A DNA stretch of 64,000 bases from an uncultured Acidobacteriota bacterium (GTDB lineage: Bacteria; Acidobacteriota; Terriglobia; UBA7540): assembly GCA_963804995.1 (NCBI GenBank), contig CAWDSK010000006.1:1952001-2016000 (forward strand), given 5' to 3'. Position numbers and translations under genes: made by a program. The notes below the pieces were generated by a model. The model ran no database searches. It had not been told where the DNA came from and saw only the letters and a list, made by a program, of their open reading frames with translations. Of this stretch, positions 8,748 through 19,109 are shown one piece after another; position 1 is the first letter of the stretch, and every line of letters starts with the position of its first letter.

Positions 8748-11700
8748 ATGACACCGCTCGATACCTATCTGCGCGAGCTACGCGACATCCGTTCTTTGGG
8801 TGCGGCGGTTGATGAGACAGCGTACTATCCCGCGCTCGCGAATCTGCTGTGCGAAGTCGGTAAAAAGCTCAAGCCCAGGGTTCGTTGCATCATGGGGCTT
8901 AAAGATCTGGGAGCTGGTTTTCCGGACGGCGGCCTTTTCACTGAAGAGCAATTCGATAAAAATCACACCCTTAAGCCACTTCCAGGGCAACTCCCTTCCC
9001 GAGGCATCATCGAAGTCAAACCCGTCAAAAGCGACGCGTGGGTTACTGCGGAAGGTGAACAGGTTTCCCGCTACTGGGGAAAATACCGGCAAGTGTTGGT
9101 GACGAACTACCGCGATTTCGTTTTAGTGGGACAGGACTCGGAGGGCAAGTTTGCCAAACTGGAATCCTTCCGCCTTGCCGACAGCGAGAAAGCATTCTGG
9201 GCCGCCGCCGCGCATCCGGGGAGCCTTGCCAAAAAGATCGAAGCACGGTTCGAGGAATATCTGCTGCGCGTCATGCGGCACGCCGCCCAGATAGCCACGC
9301 CAGAGGATGTTGCGTGGTTTCTGGCATCTTACGCTCGGGACGCCCGAGCGCGTATTGAGGGTGTTGAACTCGCCGCGCTGGCTACGGTGCGCACGGCGCT
9401 GGAAGAAGCTCTGGGCCTGAAGTTCGAGGGCGAGAAGGGCGAGCACTTTTTCCGGTCCAGTCTGGTTCAAACCCTCTTTTACGGCGTTTTTTCGGCCTGG
9501 GTGTTATGGGCCAAGCAAAACCCGCCAACTTCCAAGGCACGCTTCGACTGGTACACCACGGCGCGTTATCTGCGCGTGCCGATGATCTCGAAACTCTTCC
9601 AACTGGTTGCCGACCCCCAAGAACTCGATATCCTCAAGCTCACGGAAGTGTTGGATTGGGCGGCCCTGGTTTTGAACCGCGTTGACCGCCGCTCGTTCTT
9701 TGACAAGTTTCAGGAATCGCACGCCGTGCAGTATTTCTACGAGCCGTTCCTCGAAGCCTTTGACCCCGAATTGCGCAAGGAACTGGGCGTCTGGTACACA
9801 CCGCCAGAAGTCGTGAAGTACATGGTGGAGCGCGTGGACACGGTTCTGCGTGAGGAATTGAATCTACCGGACGGGTTGGCCAACAAGAATGTTTATGTGC
9901 TCGATCCGTGCTGCGGCACAGGTTCCTACCTTGTGGAGGTTCTGGACCGAATCCACCGCACCCTCAAAGAGCGTGGTGAGGACGCCCTGACCGCGAGCGA
10001 CCTCAAGGAAGCAGCTCAAAAAAGAATTTTCGGATTCGAGATTCTGCCCGCGCCTTTCGTCGTCTCCCACTTGCAGCTTGGCTTACTCTTGCAGAACTTG
10101 GGCGCGCCACTCTCCGAGAAGTCGAGAGAACGGGTTGGCGTTTATCTGACCAACGCCCTCACCGGCTGGGAACCGCCCAAAGGCCCCAAGCAGCGCCTTA
10201 TCTTTCCCGAGTTGGAGGAAGAACGCGATGCCGCCGAGCACGTCAAGCGTGACGTACCAATCCTGGTAATTCTCGGCAACCCGCCCTACAACAGCTTCGC
10301 GGGAATTGCCAGGATGGAGGAAGAGCGCGACCTTTCTGAAGCCTACCGCACCACACGGCAAGCGCCCGCTCCGCAGGGCCAAGGCTTGAATGATCTTTAC
10401 GTGCGTTTCTTCCGCATGGCCGAAAGGCGCATTGTTCAAAAGACCGGCAGGGGCGTAGTGTGTCTGATTTCCAATTACTCGTGGCTCGACGGCTTATCCT
10501 TCACTGGCATGAGGGAGCGGTATCTTGAAGCGTTTGACCGCATCTGGATTGACTGCCTCAATGGAGACAAGTACAAGACCGGCAAGCTGACTCCCGAAGG
10601 TGAACCTGACCCTAGCGTTTTTTCGACGGAGTTCAACCCCGAAGGTATCCAAGTCGGGACCGCAATCGCTGTGCTGGTACGAAACGGCGCAGCCCGAACC
10701 GGAAACCCTCCGCTTTCGCCACGTGTGGGGGAAAGCCAAGAAACAGCAGTTGCTCGAAAGCGCTATCCAGAATGGGGAGGCACTGTACCAAGAGCTAACC
10801 CCTTCACTTGAATTGGGGTTGCCGTTTTCACCCGCGCTGGTGACCACTGGTTATCTGCAATGGCCGTTGCTACCCGATTTGTTCCCCGAATTTTTCGCGG
10901 GCGTGCAGTCAAAGCGGGATGAACTTGTAATCGAGATCGAACGCACGCCACTAATCGAGCGGATGAGGGCATATTTCGATCCTGAAATCAGCCACGAGGA
11001 AATGCAACATATCTGTCCCCGTGCGCTGCAACCTACGGCCCGCTTCGAAGCTAGACAGGCTCGTGATTACTTGCTGAAACGTGGGTTCCTGCCGCAGAAC
11101 ATCGTCCCACACTGTTACAGGCCATTTGACCGTAGGTGGATTTACTACGAACCCGAAACGCGACTACTGGGCGAAAAATCGCCCGACTATTTCCCGCAGG
11201 TCTTTAATGGAAACGTTTGGATTGTATCTCAACAAAAGCCACGACGGGAATGGTCAAGGCCGCAGTTCATTCGCAGCATCGGGTGCTTGGACTTGATGGA
11301 TCGTGGGGCAAGCTGTATTCCCCTCTACCTCAGGCCCACAAACGAGACAAAACCACTCCTTGCTACGGATGAAGGCGAAAGACCCGCGCATAATGGCGAA
11401 CGGCACGCGGTTCAACATCAGCGATTCGCTGCTCGCCTACCTCACGCGCATTGGGAATGTCGACGACGCGCCGGATGTCTTTTATCACGCTCTCGCTATT
11501 CTCCACGCCCCTGACTATCGCAAAGAAAACTGCGGGCGCGCTGCGCCAGGACTGGCCGCGCATTCCGCTGCCGGACAGCCAAGGAAGCCTTGCTTGCGTC
11601 GGCGGCGCTGGGCAGGCAGATTGCCGCGTTGCTGGACACGGAAACCGACGTAGGGGCGGTTCGCGAACCGCCTCTACAGAAGATCGCCACCTTCACTCTT

Positions 11701-12142
11701 GCCACACGGGACGACTCTGGATGAAGCGAAGCACTTTGCCGTCACCGCCGGTTGGGGACACGCGGGCAAGGGCGGCATCACCATGCCGGGCAAGGGAAAG
11801 TCGTCGACCGCGATTACACGGAGAAAGAGCGGGCGAGTTTAGGCTGACGCGGTCAAGCTGCTGGGGGAGCGCACTTGCGACGTTTACCTGAATGACGTGG
11901 CTTACTGGTCGAACATTCCCCTGCGGGTTTGGGAATACACCATCGGCGGCTATCAAGTCATGAAGAAGTGGCTCTCCTACCGCGAAGAAAAACTCTTGGG
12001 CCGCCCCCTGACGAAAGAAGAAGTCCGCTACGTGCAGGAGATGGCCCGCCGCATCGCCGCCATACTTCTGCTCGAACCGGCCCTCGACGAAAATTACCAC
12101 ACGGTGAAAGCTCATACTTACAATTGGCCAAGGAACGGGTAA
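8748..12142 (+). pseudogene. Fused restriction-modification enzyme (Type IIG/ISP-like N6-adenine MTase with C-terminal specificity domain), multiply frameshifted
   Basis: N-terminal PD..EVK nuclease-like motif, VLDPCCGTGS motif I, ILGNPPY motif IV, C-terminal VWEYTIGGYQVMKKWLSYR; frame breaks near 10683 and several in 11380-11850. Confidence 0.8.
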
Positions 12143-12209
12143 GAGCAAGGATGCGGACTGCTTTGGAAAGAGGGGGATGCCCCCGGCATAAGCGTAGTAA
12201 AATGGGCTT

Positions 12210-12461
12210 ATGCTGACCGAGTTTCCGCCAGATGTAGTCGAAGCAGCCTGGATCAGAGCGCGAGGCCATTGTGAATGCCGCCGAAAGACCCATGGACCGC
12301 CAAGATACTGTAGGAAGCAGTTGGCATGGCCGAATCGTGGAAGGCATGGAAGGGGATGCTGGGAGGCACATCATATCAACTCCAATCGCCCTGGCACTCT
12401 TTCAAACTGCGAGATTCTGTGCTGGGATTGTCACGTCGGTACTTTCTCACACAAAAGATGA
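12210..12461 (+). CDS. Small HNH endonuclease
   Basis: CEC..C, EAHHI...NCEILCWDCH HNH/zinc pattern. Confidence 0.8.
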   Translation: MLTEFPPDVVEAAWIRARGHCECRRKTHGPPRYCRKQLAWPNRGRHGRGCWEAHHINSNRPGTLSNCEILCWDCHVGTFSHKR

Positions 12462-12515
12462 GTTTTAGTAAGGCGGGTGGCGGATGCATCGGTTACATAG
12501 AACATCGGCTACCAG

Positions 12516-13319
12516 CTAGCTCGCAGAGGGCGGCGCGGCTTTAGCGTTTTGGAAGCTTTCGACGTGCACCTTAAACACCTCAGGAGCCAAAGCGACGCGA
12601 ATGGTGAAAACGATTGCGTGAGCATCCTCAGGACTGAGGATGACCCTAGTGCCCATGGGGAGGATTTTTCGGTCAGTCACGAGCCTTAGCTGAACCATTT
12701 GGCCGCCATGGCATACGGCAGGCAGTTCTGTGGTTTCAACGTCGTCGATAAACAGCTTTTGTCTGTACACGTGGATCTCGATGTCTTCTTGCGGCATACC
12801 TTGATGGTGCTCGAGGCTGCGCCGGAGGGCGAAGTAAGAGAGCGCCGCGCGTTTCGAAAAGTCAGACAGCGAAGGAAAATAGTTGAGTTTCTTCGGGTTT
12901 GTTAGTGCTCTATCGCTGGCCACCTGCGAAATTTTTCTGGCAAGGTAAGCATTAAAATACTCCTGGATTTCTTCATATGCGGAAAGATCTCGCTCGATTC
13001 TGATTCCTTCCTTGCGCAAAAGCACGGTGGCGATTAGCTTGTTGAGGAAACTAATGAAGCTGGCGATGGCCGCGCGAAAGCAGGTCTCGCTCGCACGCTG
13101 CAACGCCTTGGACGAGAAATAGCTGCTGTCGGGAGGGAAGTTGACTTCAACAAGGCCAAACCGCTGGCCAGTCGCTCTTTCGGCGTAAGTCCCTTCCTGG
13201 ATCGCACTCATCGTCTGGGCTAGGTCTGCAAGACAGCCATCAAGCTCGGCGTACAGTTGCGGAAGCCAGGGCGTTAAGTCAGGTGCAGCGGAGATGTCGT
13301 GCTTGAGATCGTCGGGCAT
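12516..13319 (-). CDS. Hypothetical protein
   Basis: 267-aa ORF, convergent with HNH gene; no family recognised. Confidence 0.65.
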   Translation of the reverse strand: MPDDLKHDISAAPDLTPWLPQLYAELDGCLADLAQTMSAIQEGTYAERATGQRFGLVEVNFPPDSSYFSSKALQRASETCFRAAIASFISFLNKLIATVLLRKEGIRIERDLSAYEEIQEYFNAYLARKISQVASDRALTNPKKLNYFPSLSDFSKRAALSYFALRRSLEHHQGMPQEDIEIHVYRQKLFIDDVETTELPAVCHGGQMVQLRLVTDRKILPMGTRVILSPEDAHAIVFTIRVALAPEVFKVHVESFQNAKAAPPSAS

Positions 13320-13374
13320 GCTTCGAAGATATACCTTTTACCAACCAAAGGGTAAATTCTCCATTAAGCGGGCG

Positions 13375-13410
13375 TAGGGCAGAGTCACGTGCTCCCCGAG
13401 ACTCTGCGGT
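13375..13410. repeat. REP-like hairpin GCAGAGTC..GAGACTCTGC (second copy 16923-16959, inverted)
   Basis: Inverted repeat seen at both sites. Confidence 0.65.
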
Positions 13411-13912
13411 TTGTCCGTTAGGGCTTCCCGAAGCGGGGTCTTCGTTCCCCCGAAAAAACAGTGACAAGTGGCGAGTGACGACCCAAGCCCCCCTCACTTA
13501 AGAACTGTGGTTAGTGGCTAGTGACGGGCAGGGCCCCTCACCCCGGAACTACCAAAGCGTGGCCCCCTCACTTAAGAACAGTGGTCAGTGGCTAGTGGTT
13601 AGTGACGAGCAGCGGCCCTCACTCCTGAACAACCAGAGCGCGGCCCCCTCTCCCCGGCTGGGGAGAGGGGGAAGGAGTTTCTCAGCGCAGGGTGCGTGCC
13701 ATTCACAATCTGTGGGGTCTTTACCTGATAAACCAAAACTGTATTATTGGTCCACGACTTTTTGTTATGTGGGACATGTCCCACATGTTGCTCTCCGCGG
13801 GGCATAGCGCGCGAGGTCCCACTTCATTTTCCACCTTCATGCGTTTTTTTCCTATGACTTTTGATCAGCAGTTCCGCCGCGCTACGCTACACGCTCCCCT
13901 TGCCGATGAGGC

Positions 13913-13940
13913 TTGACACGTCTACAGGTTCCGATATGCT
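13913..13940 (+). promoter_or_regulatory. Sigma70-type promoter for the MFS gene
   Basis: TTGACA-16 nt-TATGCT. Confidence 0.5.
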
Positions 13941-13949
13941 GGGGCGTCT

Positions 13950-15248
13950 TTGACACCCAGGGCGGGACTTGTGACAACCCCAACTCTTGCTGAGTCTCGA
14001 GCGTCCGCGGCATCTCCTTCCGGCATCTCCGACGCGCGCCGTTGGACGATCGTGGGGCTTTTGTTCCTCAGCACGGTCATCAACTACCTGGACCGCGGCA
14101 CGCTATCCGTGGCGCTGCCGATGATCTCGGCGGAGCTCGGCATCAGCCCGGCGCTGAAGGGTGTGCTGCTGTGGTCGTTCTTCACGTCCTATGCCGTGAT
14201 GCAGATTCCGGTGGGGTGGCTCGCGGACCGGCTTGATCTGCGCTGGCTCTTTGCCGGAATGTTCACGCTCTGGTGCGCGAGCTGCGGTTTGATGGGCCTG
14301 GCGGGAAGCTTTGCCATGCTGGTGGCGCTGCGCGTGTTGCTCGGCGTGGGCGAATCCATTTTTCTTCCTGGCTCGAACCGCATTGTCAGCCTCCTGTTCC
14401 CACCGGCGCGGCGCGGGCTCCCCACCGGCCTGTTTGATTGCGGCACACGGGTCGGAATGGCCATCGGAACGCCGCTGATCGCCTGGCTGATCGTGGGCTT
14501 CGGTTGGCGCCGAATGTTCGCGCTGGTGGGATTTGCCGCGCTCATTTGGCTGCTCCCCTGGTTCAAGGTTTTTCCTTCGCAGAAGCTTTTGGCGAAATCG
14601 ATTGCAGATCCTGCCAGCCTGACCCCGAAGGGAAAACCCGTACGCGGAATTACCTTGAATCGCGATTTGCTGGGGCTGTGCCTGGGATTCTTCTGCTTCG
14701 GATATAACTGGTACCTGCTGGTCACGTGGCTGCCCGATTATTTGATGGAGGTGCGCCACCTTTCTGTACTGAAAGCGGGATTCTCCGCCGCGCTGCCCTT
14801 CCTGGTTTTTGCCGTGGGCGAGCCCTTGGGAGGCTGGATCGCAGACCTCCTGGTGCGGCGTGGCTGGGATGAAACGCGTACCCGCAAAGGCATCGTCACC
14901 ATTTCCTTCGCCATGGGCTTGCTCTTGATTCCCGCCACTCTGGCGCGCAATCCGCAGACGGCCATTCTGCTGGTTGCGGGCGCCTCGCTTGTAGGCTTGT
15001 TGAGCGCGAACCTGCTCGTCATCTTGCAGCGATGCGCTCCGCCCGGTGAGATCGGCGCGTGGACGGGAATGCAGAATGGCATTGGGAACCTGGGAGGCAT
15101 CTCTGCCCTGGTCACGGGATATCTGATCGGCCGCACTGGCTCGTATATTCCGGGCTTTGCTTTGGGACCCATCGTACTGCTTTCCGGCACGCTGGCGTAT
15201 TGGTTCATCGTGGGTAAGCTGCGCCCTGCGGCTGTGGCGTCGGAATAG
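13950..15248 (+). CDS. MFS transporter (anion:cation symporter / hexuronate-galactonate type)
   Basis: RWTIVGLLFLSTVINYLDR, GWLADR, LRVLLGVGES; about 12 hydrophobic segments. Confidence 0.9.
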   Translation: MTPRAGLVTTPTLAESRASAASPSGISDARRWTIVGLLFLSTVINYLDRGTLSVALPMISAELGISPALKGVLLWSFFTSYAVMQIPVGWLADRLDLRWLFAGMFTLWCASCGLMGLAGSFAMLVALRVLLGVGESIFLPGSNRIVSLLFPPARRGLPTGLFDCGTRVGMAIGTPLIAWLIVGFGWRRMFALVGFAALIWLLPWFKVFPSQKLLAKSIADPASLTPKGKPVRGITLNRDLLGLCLGFFCFGYNWYLLVTWLPDYLMEVRHLSVLKAGFSAALPFLVFAVGEPLGGWIADLLVRRGWDETRTRKGIVTISFAMGLLLIPATLARNPQTAILLVAGASLVGLLSANLLVILQRCAPPGEIGAWTGMQNGIGNLGGISALVTGYLIGRTGSYIPGFALGPIVLLSGTLAYWFIVGKLRPAAVASE

Positions 15249-15513
15249 CGCGGCCGTTTGGCGACTGAGGTCTTCAAGGAATCGGGAAATTTCTGAAGGC
15301 GTCAGGAGAGCAAGAGTGGTGGGACAACGCCCGCCACGCCCCGCGTACGTGTACAAGTGGGACAGGTTCACCTGCGCATCTCGGACTTTTCGGCACGCTG
15401 GACGCGCCCGTGCGCAACTGGGACAGGTGCTACAGCAATAGCCGCTTGCATTACCCCTTGCCGCCTGTCTGCCAGCCGTGATATTTGTACCGCGGTCTTG
15501 GAGGAGTCCCACC

Positions 15514-16656
15514 ATGAAAACATCCGGAACTGATCTCAATCAGGCGCGAGTTGCTTCGAAGGAACGAGGCGAGTCTGGTGACAATCTGGTTTTGAGTGAA
15601 AGGCTGGCAGCGGCAGGATCGGGCGGCTTGTCCACCACCCGCAATCCCGAATCGACATCGCCCTTAACCCTGGGGCGACGGGATCTGTTGCGGGCAGGTC
15701 TGGCGGGCGCGGCGAGCCTGGTGGCCGGTGTGGCGGCAAGCGCGCAGGCAATCCCGGCGCCGCAAAAGCCCCCGAACACCGGCAAGCGCACGCCGCAGCA
15801 TCGCGTCATTGATTCGCACAATCATCCCCGCTGGGTTTTTCACGACGGGGCGCGCATCGTTGAGAACATGGACAACGCCGGTATCGAGCGCACCTGGCTG
15901 CTGAGCTGGGAGATTCCGGAAACGGAAATCGATCCCACTTATTACGGGGAGTTGAATCCCACCGGCGTGGGGATTCAGTTCCGTGACGTAATCGAGGTGG
16001 CAGAGCGCTATCCCGATCGATTCATTATGGGGACCACCACGGACTCGCACGACCCGCACGCGCTCCAGAAACTGAAGGCCGCCGTGGATATTTTCCACGT
16101 CCGCGTGTTTGGCGAATTCAAGCGCCGCATGCGCTACGACGATCCTGACGCGATTCGGCTCTTCCAGTACTGCGGTGAGCTGGGTCTGCCCGTAACTTTT
16201 CACCTGGACGTGACGTTTCCCCGGCATGGGGTACCGAGTGACTGGCAATGGTGGTACGGCGGCGGCCTGGAAAATATGGAGGCCCCGCTGCGACTGTGCC
16301 CGCACACGCATTTTCAAGGCCATGGCCCGGCCTTCTGGCGCGAAATCTCCGGGGACGCCGACCAGCCATCCCAGTCTTACCCCACCGGACCCATCGTGGG
16401 ACGCGGCCTCATACTGGAGTACCTCGACAAGTTTTCGAACCTGAATTGCGATTTATCCGGAGGCTCCGGCCACACGGCTCTGAGCCGCGATAAGGAATTC
16501 ACGCGGAAGTTTCTGATCGACTACCAGGACCGCATGTTTTTTGCCCGCGACGACTATAACAATGACATGTATGATCTGCTGGTTTCACTGAACCTGCCGC
16601 CGGCCGTCCTTGCCAAGATTCTGTCCGGCAACGCCCTGCGCCTGGTTCCGGTGTAA
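15514..16656 (+). CDS. Amidohydrolase family protein, probable Tat signal
   Basis: IDSHNH metal motif, PVTFH, GHG, FARD; RRDLL twin-arginine motif; GGAGG RBS. Confidence 0.8.
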   Translation: MKTSGTDLNQARVASKERGESGDNLVLSERLAAAGSGGLSTTRNPESTSPLTLGRRDLLRAGLAGAASLVAGVAASAQAIPAPQKPPNTGKRTPQHRVIDSHNHPRWVFHDGARIVENMDNAGIERTWLLSWEIPETEIDPTYYGELNPTGVGIQFRDVIEVAERYPDRFIMGTTTDSHDPHALQKLKAAVDIFHVRVFGEFKRRMRYDDPDAIRLFQYCGELGLPVTFHLDVTFPRHGVPSDWQWWYGGGLENMEAPLRLCPHTHFQGHGPAFWREISGDADQPSQSYPTGPIVGRGLILEYLDKFSNLNCDLSGGSGHTALSRDKEFTRKFLIDYQDRMFFARDDYNNDMYDLLVSLNLPPAVLAKILSGNALRLVPV

Positions 16657-17030
16657 GAGCGGACTTCGGACGAGCCGTGGTGCGGGTTCGACGACGCGTG
16701 GACCTTGATGAGTCCAGCGACCCCTAGACGGGGTTTGGCGCTCTAGCCGCGGACGGCGCAGCCGGCAGCAGGTAGCAGAGTGTGGTCCTTTCACACTCTG
16801 CGGTCCTTAGTTTGATAAACATGCGACGTAGTAGTAATACAGTGTGATGACATGTTACGTGGTAACCCGATTTCTCTGGAGGTCGTAAGCGGTGATCGGC
16901 AGTCACGCGCAATAAATAAAGAGCCGCAGAGTCTCGGAGAGCGTGAGACTCTGCGCTACCTGCTGCTTTGGACTGCCTGGGGCCCTGCGGCAACAGACCG
17001 CGTGGCCGGCAGGAATTACAGGAGGATTCG

Positions 17031-17411
17031 ATGAGCAAACAGGAAGTGAAGCATCCGGATAAGACGGCTTCCACGGGATCTTACTCCGCGGGAATAATTT
17101 GTGATGGCTGGCTCTATGTCAGCGGCCACGCTCCGCAGGACTTGCGGACCGGCGAGGTGGTGCACGGTACCATCGAAGAGGAAACCCGCCTGACGCTCTC
17201 GCACATTGGCAAAGTGCTGGCAGCGGCAGGGTGCCGATTCGAAGATGTCGTCAAGTCCACCTGCCACCTGGCCAGCATTGATGATTTCGACCGATTCGAC
17301 CGTACCTACCGCGAGTTCTTCTCGGGCGTGATGCCGGCCCGCACCACGGTGCAGTCAGTCCTGTGGGGGGGGATTAAGGTGGAAATTGATGTGATTGCGC
17401 GTATTCCGTAG
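17031..17411 (+). CDS. RidA/YjgF family protein
   Basis: YSAGI..LYVSG, VVKST, PARTTV, KVEIDVIA; GGAGG RBS. Confidence 0.9.
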   Translation: MSKQEVKHPDKTASTGSYSAGIICDGWLYVSGHAPQDLRTGEVVHGTIEEETRLTLSHIGKVLAAAGCRFEDVVKSTCHLASIDDFDRFDRTYREFFSGVMPARTTVQSVLWGGIKVEIDVIARIP

Positions 17412-17498
17412 GGCTGAAATTAGCGCCCTTCTTCTCGGCGGGTGGGTGGGCGGGGCTTATGGTTTTTGAATTCCTGGAATCCTCAAACGCCCAAGTGA

Positions 17499-17688
17499 CC
17501 CCTCACCCGTCCCGCCCCGGCTGATGAAAACGCCGGCGGCGGTCCACCCTCTCCCCTCGGAGAGGGCTAGGAGTCGTGAATCGCAGCCTTCTCCCAGGAA
17601 GGAAGGTAGCTGACGGACGGCTAGACATCCATAATCACAGCCTTCTCCCTGGGGAGAAGGTGGCTGACGAAGGAGGCCGGATGAGGGG
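17499..17688. repeat. REP cluster; 17499-17567 is an inverted copy of 56939-57006
   Basis: Direct sequence comparison. Confidence 0.8.
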
Positions 17689-17802
17689 TTACTTACAGGC
17701 CCGAGGCATCGAAGGAATCTAAAAATTCAAAGACGATCCGCCCGGCCCTTCCGGGGTCCAAAAACAAAATCTGCTACTAAAGCAACTAGTGAGGTGAAAT
17801 CC

Positions 17803-18804
17803 ATGGCAACAAAATCCGCAGCCGCATCAAAAAGAGCAGCAAAGCCGCAAACCGCCTTGCCAAGTCCGCGTATGGTGCCCGCCGGCGTGGTGGGCCTTGG
17901 CCTGATGGGTAGGAGCATCATCGCCTGTCTTCTGGCCGCCGGTCATCGCGTAGTGGGCGTGACACGGAGCCTTAAGCGCCGCAGCGATACGCGCCGCCGC
18001 ATCCTGGCCCTGCTGCGCGAGATGAAACACGAGAGGCTTTTCTCTGGAGACCCTGCCGCGGCCGTGAGCAGGCTTCAGTTGTCGGAAGACTTCTCCGCCC
18101 TGAGCATTTGCGGGATTGTAATGGAATCCGTGCTGGAAGACCTTGCGGTCAAACATGAGGTGATCCGCAAGGTGGAAGCCGTGGTATCGCCGGAAACTTT
18201 GATTGGAAGCAACACCTCCGCGCTGCCCGTCACCGAACTGCAACGCGGCGCTCAGCACCCGGAGCGCATCCTGGGCATTCACTGGGCCGAACCCGCTCAC
18301 ATCACCCGCTTCATGGAAGTCATCTGCGGAAATCAAACCAGCCCGGAGTCCGGGGAGCGCGTTATCCAGATGGCAAGGCGGTGGAAGAAGGAGCCCACCC
18401 TGGTGCGGCGCGACGTGCGAGGCTTCATCACCAACCGGATCATGTACGCCATGCTGCGCGAGTGCTTCCACCTGGTCGAGGCCGGCTACGCGACACCGGC
18501 GGACGTGGATCGTTCCTGCCGCAATGATTACGGCGTCTGGATTACCTTGGCCGGCCCCTTCCGGTACATGGATCTGACCGGTATCCCCGCGTATATGGCG
18601 GTGATGCGCGACTTGCTGCCGGACCTCAACTGCGACAAGGAAATCCCCAAACTGATGCGCGAAACCGTGGAGTCCGGCGCGCTGGGCATAGCGAATGCGA
18701 AGGGCTTTTATAAATACACCCCGGCGGAAGCCCGGCGCTGGGAGAAGAAATTCCTCAAGTTCAGCTACGACATTCGCGCCCTGGGGCAGAAGTATCACGA
18801 GTGA
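17803..18804 (+). CDS. 3-hydroxyacyl-CoA dehydrogenase family protein
   Basis: GLGLMG Rossmann motif, ESVLEDL..K, SNTSAL, GIHW..P, GFITNR. Confidence 0.9.
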   Translation: MATKSAAASKRAAKPQTALPSPRMVPAGVVGLGLMGRSIIACLLAAGHRVVGVTRSLKRRSDTRRRILALLREMKHERLFSGDPAAAVSRLQLSEDFSALSICGIVMESVLEDLAVKHEVIRKVEAVVSPETLIGSNTSALPVTELQRGAQHPERILGIHWAEPAHITRFMEVICGNQTSPESGERVIQMARRWKKEPTLVRRDVRGFITNRIMYAMLRECFHLVEAGYATPADVDRSCRNDYGVWITLAGPFRYMDLTGIPAYMAVMRDLLPDLNCDKEIPKLMRETVESGALGIANAKGFYKYTPAEARRWEKKFLKFSYDIRALGQKYHE

Positions 18805-18826
18805 TTGGAAGGGCACAGCCCGCTTC

Positions 18827-18898
18827 TCACCGCAGAGGCACAGAGACGCAGAGAAAAGGCATTAGTTTCGAATCTCTGTGCCTCAGTGTCTCTGCGGT
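18827..18898. repeat. CACCGCAGAG..CTCTGCGGT inverted-repeat family (related tracts at 1-98, 29078-29150, 31395-31454, 56424-56478)
   Basis: Imperfect inverted repeats built from 8-mer subunits. Confidence 0.7.
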
Positions 18899-19109
18899 AT
18901 GCGGAAAGGGTTTTGGGGTTCAGGATTCAGAACTAACTGTAGGCTGTAAGCTGTTAGCTGCTTTCTGCGGCTGCCGCTGGGGCATCGGGCGTGATAAAAG
19001 TACGGTCAAGGCTGCACTTGTCTTTATACAAGGAGGGAAGCGGATTCAATCGAAAGTCGCAACTAATCCCGTTAAGCGTGCAGGATTGCACTCGAAGGGG
19101 AGAGGAAGG

